Source of the DNA: Myxococcota bacterium
GTDB lineage: Bacteria; Myxococcota_A; UBA9160; JAFDDA01
Assembly: GCA_965228475.1 (NCBI GenBank)
Contig: OZ245817.1
Span: 3,264,001 to 3,328,000 of the forward strand
Length of the DNA: 64,000 nt
Reading direction: 5' to 3'
The notes under the pieces are model-generated. The model was not told where the DNA came from. It worked only from the letters and a program-made list of their open reading frames with translations, and made no database searches. Each line of letters starts with the position of its first letter. Within the stretch, counting starts at the first letter, position 1. Shown piece by piece: positions 40,079 to 49,400 of the stretch. The translations under genes and the position numbers were made by a program.

Positions 40079-41296
40079 CTAGCCCGCCAGCATCGCCTCC
40101 GCGCTGCCCCGGAGCATGAGATCCCGGGCCACCGGGTCCTTCTCCGCCACGATCAGGATCTTCGCCAGGGTCGTGGCCAGGTGGTAGAAGGGCCAGTCGC
40201 TGCCGAAGATCAGGCGGTCGGCGCCGACGGCCTGCCAGGCGCGGTCGAGCTGCCGGAGGCCGAGCGAGGAGATCCCGAGCCAGACGTTGCGGTGCCGCTT
40301 CACGATCGGGATGGCGCCCTCGAGATCCCGGGCGCCGCCGTGGCCGTAGATGAAGCGGACCCCCGGGAACTCGGCCGCCGCAGGCTCGTAGTGCCGCATG
40401 AGCGCGTAGGGCCGCAGGCGCTCCCCCTCGATGCCCGAGCGGCCGGCGTGGAAGACGACCGGGAACCCGAGCCGCTCGCACTCGGCGTAGACCTCCATGG
40501 CCTCCGGGGAGTCCGGGAAGAAGCGCTGCATCTCGGGGTGGAGCTTGATGCCCTTCGCGCCGGCCGCGGCCAGGGCCCGGAGCCTCTCCGGGGCGCCCGG
40601 GCCGGGCTTCACGCTCGCGTAGGGGAGCAGGCGGTCCTCCCAGCCGTTCTCGCGGATCGCCCGGATCCAGCGCTCCGAGAGCGAGTCGCCGAAGGGCAGC
40701 CCGAACTCGATCGGCAACACCGCCGCCTGGGTGACGCCGGTGTCCTCCATCTCGGCGAGCAGGTTCGCCGCCGTGTGGGTGCGCGTGGCCTCGGAGAGCC
40801 CGAGGCCGCCGAGCAGGAACTCCTTCTGGAGCGCCGAGTGGGCCTCCTCGCTGAAGTTCCCGTTCACGTAGACGTCGAGGTCGAGCTCGCAGCCCGGGTC
40901 CGTGGCGTCGCAGTCGAGCAGGTGGTGGACGCGTTCGCTGCGGGCCGTCTGGTCGAGCTCGCCGCCGAACAGCACGGACATGCCGAAGTGCGTGTGGATG
41001 TCGATGATGCCCGGCAGCTCGACGGCGGTGCGCAGCCGACCCTCGGGCGTCAGTTCGAACCAGGGAAGCTCTGCGAGCCCCCGGTAGCCCCGGTAGACGT
41101 GGCGGCCGTGGGGCCCCCTCCCCGCCATCGCGGCCTCTTCGCGCTGCTGCTGCTCGAGCCGCGCGACGTCCTCCGCCGTGTACTGCTCCGGGTCCTTCGA
41201 GGGGTCCGCACCGCAGCCCGGCAGCGCCAGGGCCGCCGCCGTGCCGAGCAGCCCGCGCTGGAACTCCCGCCGCGTGAGCGCCTTGGGCAGCGTCAC
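40079..41296 (-). CDS. Tat-exported lipoprotein amidohydrolase (Amidohydro_2)
   Basis: LTRREF twin-Arg, LPGC lipobox, IDIHTH, GIKLHP, FHAG, GHGG, FGSDWP. Confidence 0.87.
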   Translation of the reverse strand: MTLPKALTRREFQRGLLGTAAALALPGCGADPSKDPEQYTAEDVARLEQQQREEAAMAGRGPHGRHVYRGYRGLAELPWFELTPEGRLRTAVELPGIIDIHTHFGMSVLFGGELDQTARSERVHHLLDCDATDPGCELDLDVYVNGNFSEEAHSALQKEFLLGGLGLSEATRTHTAANLLAEMEDTGVTQAAVLPIEFGLPFGDSLSERWIRAIRENGWEDRLLPYASVKPGPGAPERLRALAAAGAKGIKLHPEMQRFFPDSPEAMEVYAECERLGFPVVFHAGRSGIEGERLRPYALMRHYEPAAAEFPGVRFIYGHGGARDLEGAIPIVKRHRNVWLGISSLGLRQLDRAWQAVGADRLIFGSDWPFYHLATTLAKILIVAEKDPVARDLMLRGSAEAMLAG

Positions 41297-42252
41297 GACC
41301 CGAGCCGATCGCCGACGCGCAGGCCCGACTCCGCCGCCACGGCCTTGGGCGCCGAGCCGACCCGCGCCTTGCGCACCCGAAGCCGCCCGCCGGAGACGGC
41401 CACGAGCAGCGCCCCCTTCTCCCCCTCGGCGACCACGGTGCCCGGTTCCCCGTCCCCGGCCTCCGCCGGCAGGAGCCCGCCGCCGAACAGGCGGACCGTC
41501 TCCTCCCCGCGCAGGCCGAAGGCGCCGGGCTGGGGGTCGCAGCCGCGCACCAGGCGGTCGATCTCCTCGCCCGGGCGGCTCCAATCGATGCGGGCGACCT
41601 CGTCGTCGACCCGGCCCTGGAAGCTCGCCCCGTCTTCGCCCTGGGGCGTCGGCTTGGCGCTGCCGTCGGCGACGGCGGCCACGGCCTCGGCCATGGCCTC
41701 GAGGCCGAGCGGGTAGAGGTGGTCGAAGTAGAGGCTCGCGGCGGTCGCTTCGGGACCGATCGCCACACCTCCCTTCTGGACGACGATCGGGCCGGTATCG
41801 ACCCCCTCGTCGGGCTGAAAGACGGTGACGCCCGACACCGCCGCGCCATTGATGATCTGCCATGGAATGGCTGTCCCGCCCCGAAAGGCCGGCAGGAGCG
41901 ACGGATGGAAGCAGAGAGAGCCCAGGCGGGGCGCGTCGACGATCTCCGGCGGCAGGATCACCGTCGTGAAGGGCATGACGTTGAGATCGGCGCCGAGGGC
42001 GAGGAATTCCTCGACCTTCTCGGGGATCGCCTGCCCCTTGCGCCGGTAGGCCTTGTGCCGGAAGAGGGGGATGCCGCGCGCCTCGGCCTCGGCGGCCAGG
42101 GGGTCCGGGCGCCCGCCGCCGTCGGGCGGCACGGAGACGCCGACGATCGTGTGGCCGTCCTCGATGAGGCGGATCATCACGTCCTTGCCGAAGGGCGCCT
42201 GGCCGAAGATGGCGATGCGGAGCGAGGGGGTCGATTGCGGGTCGTGCGACAT
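41293..42252 (-). CDS. Formyltransferase-fold protein (Fmt / 10-formyl-THF hydrolase-like)
   Basis: FHPSLLPAFRG, DEGVDTG, ARIDW..RGCDPQPGA. Confidence 0.88.
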   Translation of the reverse strand: MSHDPQSTPSLRIAIFGQAPFGKDVMIRLIEDGHTIVGVSVPPDGGGRPDPLAAEAEARGIPLFRHKAYRRKGQAIPEKVEEFLALGADLNVMPFTTVILPPEIVDAPRLGSLCFHPSLLPAFRGGTAIPWQIINGAAVSGVTVFQPDEGVDTGPIVVQKGGVAIGPEATAASLYFDHLYPLGLEAMAEAVAAVADGSAKPTPQGEDGASFQGRVDDEVARIDWSRPGEEIDRLVRGCDPQPGAFGLRGEETVRLFGGGLLPAEAGDGEPGTVVAEGEKGALLVAVSGGRLRVRKARVGSAPKAVAAESGLRVGDRLGS

Positions 42253-42342
42253 GGCGCGCAGTGTATCGCGCGGGGTAGCGCCGCGCGGCGGCGCGAGACA
42301 ACATCCCGGGGATTCGCTCGGACCAAGGGGGGGTTCTTGGGT

Positions 42343-43203
42343 TTGCAACGACCGTTCTCGTTCCCGATGGCGTTGGCCATGGGCTGGCTGCTGCTCTCGG
42401 GCTGTGCGGCCGGGCCGGCGCCGCGGGCCGCGGACGCTGGCGCCGGCGCCCACGAAGGTCTGAACGCGACCCTCTGGCTGCAAACCGCCGCCGAGTACCG
42501 CGCGAACGTCCTGCAGGCGTTCACGGGGGCGACCGCCCACCTCGACCAGGCCCTCGCGGACCCCACGTGGACCGCGGCGGTCGAGCAGACCGGCGACTTC
42601 GGAGCCCTCCCGCCCGCCATCATCCTCGACATGGACGAGGCGATCATCCGCAGCGACCGCTTCCAGGCCCAGCTCGTGCGCGACGACGCCGCCTTCACCA
42701 TCGAAGACTGGAACGCCTGGGTGCGCACGGAGGTCTCCGAGGCCATGCCCGGCGCGCTCGAGTACGTGCGCCAGGCCAAGGCGCGCGGCATCACGATCTT
42801 CTACGTCACGAACCGGACGGGCACCGTCGAGCGGGAGACCTTCGAGACGCTGCGCAAGCTCGGCTTCCCCGTCGAGGGCGGGCTCGAGGCGCTGCTCACC
42901 CAGGACGAGCGGCCCGAGTGGCCGAGCGACAAGTCCTCGCGGCGCGCCCATCTCGCCCGGACCCACCGCATCCTGCAGATCGTCGGCGACAACCTGAACG
43001 ACTTCGTGAGCGGCGCCCACGTCGCGCCGGCCGCGCGCCGGGAGCTGGCCGAGTCCTACGGCGGGTACTGGGGCACGCGCTGGATCATCACGCCGAACCC
43101 GGCCTACGGCGGCTGGCACGGCGCCCTCTACGATTTCGACTACGGCCTCCCGGCCGACGAGAGACGCGAGCGGCTTCGCCAGCACCTCGAGTCCTGGAAG
43201 TAG
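42343..43203 (+). CDS. Class C acid phosphatase / 5'-nucleotidase lipoprotein (e(P4)-like HAD)
   Basis: LSGC lipobox, WLQTAAEY, LDMDE, YVTNR, GDNLNDF, PNPAYGGW; start uncertain. Confidence 0.88.
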   Translation: MQRPFSFPMALAMGWLLLSGCAAGPAPRAADAGAGAHEGLNATLWLQTAAEYRANVLQAFTGATAHLDQALADPTWTAAVEQTGDFGALPPAIILDMDEAIIRSDRFQAQLVRDDAAFTIEDWNAWVRTEVSEAMPGALEYVRQAKARGITIFYVTNRTGTVERETFETLRKLGFPVEGGLEALLTQDERPEWPSDKSSRRAHLARTHRILQIVGDNLNDFVSGAHVAPAARRELAESYGGYWGTRWIITPNPAYGGWHGALYDFDYGLPADERRERLRQHLESWK

Positions 43204-43890
43204 GTGCCGGTCCGGCCGCGCGTCCGGCACCCGTGGAACGTCTCCTTCCAGGAGGCCCGCGAGATCCAGCAGCGCCTCCGCGGCCGCGTCGAACGCAAGG
43301 ACCGGCTCGGGCCCGTTCGGCGGGTCGCGGGCGTGGACGTCTCCTACGACCGCGGAAGCCCCGTCCTCTACGCCGCCGTCGTCGTGCTCGACGCGCGCAC
43401 CGGCGAACGGCTCGAGACCGCCGGCGTGCGCCAGCGGACGGCCATCCCCTACGTGCCGGGATACCTCTCCTTCCGGGAGCTCCCTCCCCTGCTCGAGGCC
43501 TTCGCGCGGCTCTCCACCCGCCCGGACCTCGTGGTCTGCGACGGCCACGGCCGCGCCCACCCCCGGCGCTTCGGCATCGCCTGCCACCTCGGCGTGGTGC
43601 TCGACCTGCCCGCGATCGGCTGCGGGAAGAGCCGCCTCGTCGGCGAGCACGAAGAACCCGGGGCGGCGCGCGGGAGCCACACGCCCCTGCGCGACGGCCG
43701 CGAGGTGATCGGCAGCGTCGTGCGCACCCGTGAAGGCACGAAGCCCGTGTTCGTCTCGACGGGCCATCGCGTTTCGCTCGTGACGGCGCGACGGCAGGTC
43801 CTGCGCCTCGCGCCGCGGCTCCGCCTGCCCGAGACGACCCGCGCCGCCCACGAGGTCGTGAACGAACTCCGCCGCCGAGGCGAACCGTGA
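43204..43890 (+). CDS. nfi: Endonuclease V
   Basis: AGVDVS, PYVPGYLSFRE, DGHGRAHPRRFGIACHLG, PVFVSTGH, PETTRAAH. Confidence 0.96.
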   Translation: MPVRPRVRHPWNVSFQEAREIQQRLRGRVERKDRLGPVRRVAGVDVSYDRGSPVLYAAVVVLDARTGERLETAGVRQRTAIPYVPGYLSFRELPPLLEAFARLSTRPDLVVCDGHGRAHPRRFGIACHLGVVLDLPAIGCGKSRLVGEHEEPGAARGSHTPLRDGREVIGSVVRTREGTKPVFVSTGHRVSLVTARRQVLRLAPRLRLPETTRAAHEVVNELRRRGEP

Positions 43891-44171
43891 GTGAAACCGT
43901 TCGCCAGCGCATCGAGCGGGCCCTGCGCGAGAAGCCGCACACGGCGAAGGATCTCTCCAAGGCCGTCGGTGTCTCGGAGCGCGACGTGCCCCACCATCTC
44001 GAGCACCTCGCGAAGTCCCTGCGGAGCCGGGAGGGGAGCGTGCAGATGGAGCCCGTGCGCTGCCTCGGCTGCGGCTACGTCTTCGAGGACCGGCGGCGCT
44101 TCACGCGCCCGGGCCGGTGCCCCGAATGCCACGGGCGCCGCCTGACCCTGCCGCGCTACTCGATCGAATAG
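43887..44171 (+). CDS. HTH + Zn-ribbon transcriptional regulator (COG3357-like)
   Basis: HLEHLAKS, CLGCGYVF..PGRCPEC. Confidence 0.85.
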   Translation: MSETVRQRIERALREKPHTAKDLSKAVGVSERDVPHHLEHLAKSLRSREGSVQMEPVRCLGCGYVFEDRRRFTRPGRCPECHGRRLTLPRYSIE

Positions 44172-44185
44172 AGGGGCCGGGCGCG

Positions 44186-44848
44186 CTAGCGCGTGTTGCT
44201 CCGATCGCCGACCTCGCCGCGCAGGGTGGCCGGCGCGCCGAGCGCGACGCGGTGCGGGGGCACGTCCTTCGTCACCACCGAGCGCGCGCCGACGACGGCG
44301 TGGTCGCCGATCGTCACGCCCTTGAGCACCGTGCAATCGCTCGCGACCCATACGTGGTCTCCGATCGTGACCGGCGCCATGCGCTCGGGGGTCTCGGCGT
44401 CGAAGTCGTGCTGGTCCGCGTCGAAGAGCCGGGTGCCGGGGCCGAGCCAGGCCCGATGGCCGAGCGTCACCCGGGATTTGCAGCTCACGTGGGCCCCGTT
44501 CAGGAAGGCCTCGGGCCCGAGGGTGAGCTCCGCACCCTCGAAGACGGCGATCACAACCGGGCCGAGATCCGTGCGCAGCCAGGTCCCCGGCCCGATCGTG
44601 ACCCGGGCACCCGGCTCGAGCAGGAAGCGCAGGGCATCGGGCGTGCGCTCGGTGACGACGCCGGCACCGATCTCGAGCTGCGCACCGGCGCCGAGCTGGA
44701 AGCGCGCAACGGCCAAGGCACTGCTGGCATCGGGATGGATCGAGAGTCCGGGGTGCTGCCGCACGAGCCTCGAGAGCTCGCGGCGGTCGCGGCGGGCGAT
44801 GCGCCGCATGCGGCGGCGCAGCAGCGCCCCGCGCAGGCCCTCGGTCAC
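44186..44848 (-). CDS. Hexapeptide-repeat (LbH) acyltransferase
   Basis: DADQHD, APVTIGDHVWV..VLKGVTIGDHAVVGARSVVTKDVP..GAPA. Confidence 0.88.
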   Translation of the reverse strand: MTEGLRGALLRRRMRRIARRDRRELSRLVRQHPGLSIHPDASSALAVARFQLGAGAQLEIGAGVVTERTPDALRFLLEPGARVTIGPGTWLRTDLGPVVIAVFEGAELTLGPEAFLNGAHVSCKSRVTLGHRAWLGPGTRLFDADQHDFDAETPERMAPVTIGDHVWVASDCTVLKGVTIGDHAVVGARSVVTKDVPPHRVALGAPATLRGEVGDRSNTR

Positions 44849-45084
44849 GAGGGCGGCGGCTGACCCTCGCGCAGCCGGAAGGTGATGAAGCCGTGGGTCG
44901 GGTCGTAGGGCGAGAGCCCGACCTGGACCTTGTCCCCGGGAATCACCCGGATCCGGAAGCGGCGCATGCGTCCCGAGAGCTGGGCCGTCACGGTCTGGCC
45001 GGAGTCGAGCTCGATCTGATATCGGCCGCCTCCGAGAATCTTGTTCACGGTGCCGGTCGTCTGGATCAGGTCGTCTCGGGCCAA
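44845..45084 (-). CDS. infA: Translation initiation factor IF-1
   Basis: AQLSGRMRRFRIRVIPGDKVQVGLSPYDPTHGFITFR; TTG start. Confidence 0.93.
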   Translation of the reverse strand: MARDDLIQTTGTVNKILGGGRYQIELDSGQTVTAQLSGRMRRFRIRVIPGDKVQVGLSPYDPTHGFITFRLREGQPPPS

Positions 45085-45199
45085 GCTAGCGGGTCCTCGT
45101 CTGGGTCATGGCGGGGGAGACTAGCGCCAACCTCGCCGTGAGCCCAGCGTGTCCCTCCGCAGGGAGAGAGACGCGCGGAGGGGCTCCAAAATTCACGAC

Positions 45200-46456
45200 T
45201 CAGCTACAGGATCGGTGCACGTGGACCGTGAGGTCACCGAGCAGGTTCGTGTAGCTCCCGTACTCGTTGTCGTACCAGCCGAAGACCTTCGCGTGGGTCA
45301 CCGGAAGCTGGATCCGCGAGGAGGTCGCCTTGGCCGCCAGCTCCTTGCCGATGCCCGGGATCTGCCCGAGGTCGACGTCGAGGAAGCCCGTCCGGGTGTG
45401 GGTCTCCGCCCCTTCGATCACCACCGCGGCCTTCATGCCCATGACGTCGGCGGCGACGTTCTGCTCGGGCGAGAAGACGAGCAGGCCCTTCTGACTGCCC
45501 TCGGAGGCCTGCTGATAGATCCGGTTCACGAGCTCGCGGTCGATCGAGCTCTCACCGTCGTCTTCGATGGTGCTCTGGAAGGTCAGGTTCAGGATGATCA
45601 GCGACTCGGTCGCGAGCGGCACGCGGACCGCGTCGCCCATGAAGCCGATCTCGCGGATCTCGGGGATCACGACCTCGAGCGCGGCGCTCGCGTTGCTCGA
45701 CGTCAGGATCAGGCTGTTCAGCGCGCTGCGCGTGCGCCGCAGATCCTTGGCGTCGGCCTTCGGTACCGAATCGAGCAGGGTCTGCGAGTTGGTGACCGCG
45801 TGCACCGTGCTCATGCTGGCCGTCACGACCGTCGAATCCGGCAGGTGGTCGAGCAGCGGCTTCACCATGTGCGCGAGGCCGGTCGTCGTACAGGAAGCGG
45901 CCGACAGCACGTGATGCTGGGCCGGATCGAACAGGTCGTGGTTGATGCCGTAGATCAGGGTCGCGGCGTCGTCGGGCATCGCCTTGGTCTTGTCCTTGAT
46001 CTTGAAGGCCGAGCTGTTGATCACCTTCTCGGCGCCCGCGGCGAGGTGGCCGCGCAGGGAGCCGCGCCCGTCGTCGGCCGGACGCGTCGGGTCGCCGAAA
46101 GCGCCGGTCGCATCGACGACGACGCGCGCCCCGTGATCGCGCCACCCGATGTCGGCGGGGTTGCGCGCCTCCTGGAGGAGCTTCACCGGCACGCCGGCGA
46201 CGTCGAGCAGGCCAGCCTCGCGGTCGGCGATGCGGATGCAGGGCTCGGAGTTCACGCCGAACAGGAAGCGGTGCATGCTGCCGTAGGTGCTGTCCTTCTC
46301 GATGAGCTGGCAGACCGCCTCGAGGTCCTGGCCGATCTTGCGGCCGACGTTCACCACGATGCGCGAGAAGTACTTCCGCTCGACGTGGTGCCAGAGCGAG
46401 AGCTTGCCGATCCGGCCGAGGCTGTTGATGCCGAGGGTGCGTTCCGATTCCGTCAT
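45200..46456 (-). CDS. gap: Atypical glyceraldehyde-3-phosphate dehydrogenase-family protein (418 aa)
   Basis: GINSLGRIG, DSTYG, VVDATG, GIN, SAASCTTTGLA, TVHAVT, RVP, WYDNEYGSY. Confidence 0.85.
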   Translation of the reverse strand: MTESERTLGINSLGRIGKLSLWHHVERKYFSRIVVNVGRKIGQDLEAVCQLIEKDSTYGSMHRFLFGVNSEPCIRIADREAGLLDVAGVPVKLLQEARNPADIGWRDHGARVVVDATGAFGDPTRPADDGRGSLRGHLAAGAEKVINSSAFKIKDKTKAMPDDAATLIYGINHDLFDPAQHHVLSAASCTTTGLAHMVKPLLDHLPDSTVVTASMSTVHAVTNSQTLLDSVPKADAKDLRRTRSALNSLILTSSNASAALEVVIPEIREIGFMGDAVRVPLATESLIILNLTFQSTIEDDGESSIDRELVNRIYQQASEGSQKGLLVFSPEQNVAADVMGMKAAVVIEGAETHTRTGFLDVDLGQIPGIGKELAAKATSSRIQLPVTHAKVFGWYDNEYGSYTNLLGDLTVHVHRSCS

Positions 46457-46488
46457 GGTCGTCCAGGTCTCCGCTTCATGGGGTGCGC

Positions 46489-49400
46489 TCAGGCCAGCCG
46501 CTGGCGGCGCACGATCGTGCTGGGATGCTTTCCGAGATAGAGCGAGCCGTCCACCCCGTTGATCGAAATGAAATCCCCGGTCTCGAGGGTCCGTCCGGCC
46601 AGCACCGAACGCCTCCCCCGCTCGTCGACGGAGAGCTCCCGGCAGCCCACCACGCAGGTCTTCCCGAGCCGCAGGGCCGCCACCGCGGCGTGGCTCGTCG
46701 ACCCCCCGAGGGCAGTGACCATGCCGTCGGCCTCGACCATGAGCGGGAGGTCGTCCGGGACCGTATCCGGCCGCAGGAGGATGATGTGGTCGTCCGGGAA
46801 GCGGCGGCGCAGGAGCTCGACGTCCTCGACGTTGTGGGCGACGCGCCCGGAGAGCGCCCCGCCTCCGGCTCCGATGCCCGTGGCGAGCCAGGCCGCCTCG
46901 AGGCCTTCGCTCGGCAGGAAGGCCGGCACCGAGGCCACCTGCGACATCACCGTGTCGCGGCTCTGGAGGATGTAGAGGTCGGCCGGGTCGTCGCCCTCGA
47001 AGGTGAACTCGATCTCCTGATGGAACATGCCCTGCTCGTGCACGAGGGTCCGGGCGTGATGGAGAATCGCCTCGTAGAGCTTCGGGAAGTCCTTCTCGAG
47101 GGAGACGTCCGTGCCGGGCGCCTCGTTCACGCGCTGCTCCTCGCTCACCGGGTAGGTCTCGACGAGCCCGCTCACGACGTCGTCGCCCTGGGCCTGGACG
47201 ATGAAGTCGCCGTGCAGCCGAACGGCCGTGCTCGCCCGGCGCGGATCCGTCGTCATCACCACGCCCGTTCCCGAGCGGGCGTGCAGGTTCCCGTAGACCA
47301 TGCTCTGGATCACGACGGCCGTTCCCCATTCCTCGGCGATCTGGAGCTCGCGCCGATAGACCTGCGCCTTGGCCGAACCCCAGGAATCGAGCACGAGATC
47401 CACGCAGCGCAGGAGCTGCGGCCACGGATCGTCGAGGATCTCGACGCTGCGCGCCCGCAGCAGCTCACGGTAGCGCAGGGCCACGTCGCGCATCTGCGGG
47501 GCGCTGAGCTGCGCCTTCTTCTCCGCGCCGAAGTCCGTCTTGGAGTCGCGCATGAGTGCGTCGAAGTCGTCGCGCTCGAGCCCGTGGCCCATGCCCCAGA
47601 GCTGAAGGAAGCGGCGGTAGGCGTCCCAGGCGCCCCAGTCGCTGCCCGAGCGCGTCGCGAGGCCCGTCGCGATCTCCTCGTTGATGCCGACGTTCAGGAA
47701 GGTGTCGAGCATGCCGGGCATGCTGATGGCGGAGCCCGAGCGCACCGAGAGGAGCAGCGGCCGGTCCGGGTCGCCGAGGACGAGGCCCGTCGACGCTTCC
47801 AGGCGGTCGATCTGGCGCAGCAGCTCGCCCTCGACCTCGCGCCGCAGGTCCGGCCAGGCGCGGATGGCCTTCGAGCAGCGGAAGATCTCGCGCGTGAGGA
47901 TGAAACCCGGCGGCACGGGCAAGCCGTCGCCGGCCAGACGCTTCACCAGGAAGCCCTTGTTCCCGAGGTGGATCGGCCCGTCGAGCGGGTGGTCCTCCGG
48001 TTCGATCGGGACGCAGGCCCGCTCGGGGTCGTAGGACATGAGGAGCTCGAGGGTCTCCTCCGAGAGCGTCTCCCGGACCTGGACGAGGGAGCGCATCATC
48101 CGCCCGAGCAGCATGTCGAGCTGCTGCAGACCGAGACTCGATCCGATCAGATCCCGCAGGAAGGTCTCGGAGGCCTTCATCGCGGCTTCTTCCTGGCTCT
48201 CGCCCGGCTCGCGCGGGAGGATGCCCCGCTCGACGTAGCGGGGGAGCAGCTCGGAGAGGGCGCCCTCGTAGACCTCGAGGTACCGGATCCGCACGAGCTG
48301 CTCGACGCTTCGCGAGAGCACCTGGAAGACGTTCAGGTACTGATCGACGGTGGTGCCTTCGGTCGCGAGGGATTGGTCGAGCATCGAGAGGCCCATCGAG
48401 AGCCCCCTGCCCTTGCAGCCGTCGATCCGCACGGCGCGCAGCATCTGATGGAGCCAGCCGGATACGCGGCGCAGCGCCGCGCTGTGGATGCAGTCCGCCT
48501 GGTGGGAGTCGAGCAGCCGGTCGAAGAGCGTGTTCGCGAGCGAGCCGGCCCGGAAGGTCAGCCCCGCGGCGTCGAACTTCTGCTCGCGATAGCGGCCGTA
48601 GAGGCTCGGAATGCCGACGGCGATGTGGCGCTTGCGGTAGATGTCCTCGACGGCCTCCGTGCGCTCCTCGCGCGTCATGATCTCCTTCAGCGCCTCGAGG
48701 ATGCCGAGCGTCGCATCGAGCGCGTCCTCGACGTCGTCGGTGTCGAGGGCTTCCCGCAGTCGCTGCACCTCGGCGGCGTCGAGCGCGGTGAAAGCCGCGA
48801 GGCGGTCGAGCAGATCGTCGTGGTCGAAGCCGTATTTCTGGACGAGCAGGCGGCGGAGGCGGAAGAGCAGCCCGACCTTCTCCCGCTCCTCGGGGCGCCC
48901 CGCGGTGACGCCGGCGAGGCGCGCTTCGATGGCCTCGGGCTCCTCGTCGAGCAGCTTCGTCCAGGGGGCGCCCGCCACGAGCGCCTCCATGACCGCCCCC
49001 ATGCCCTCGCGCGCGGGGTCGGTCTCGAGCGCCGCGTAGAGCGGGCCGGGCAGGTAGGGCCGCAGCGGCTCGCGCTCCGCCGTCGCCCAGTAGCCGGCCA
49101 CGGCCTCGACGAAGTCGGCGAGCTTCGGGTTCGACTCCACGTGGCACTGTTTGCGGAGGAAGTGGCAGAGCGCGTCGCGCCTCCCCTCGATCTCGTCGAG
49201 CCGGGAGGACACCTGACGCAGGTCGCCCTCGGCGCCGATCTCGTCGTAGTAGACGGGGAAGGTGCGCAGCAGGTGCTTCACCGAGTGGAAGACGGGCTCC
49301 ATGCCGCCGTTCAGGAGCTGGCTGACGTCGCGCTGGAAGAGGTCCGTGTCCGCGATCATCACGCCGCCGACGCGCAGGTGGATCACGAGCGCGGCGACGA

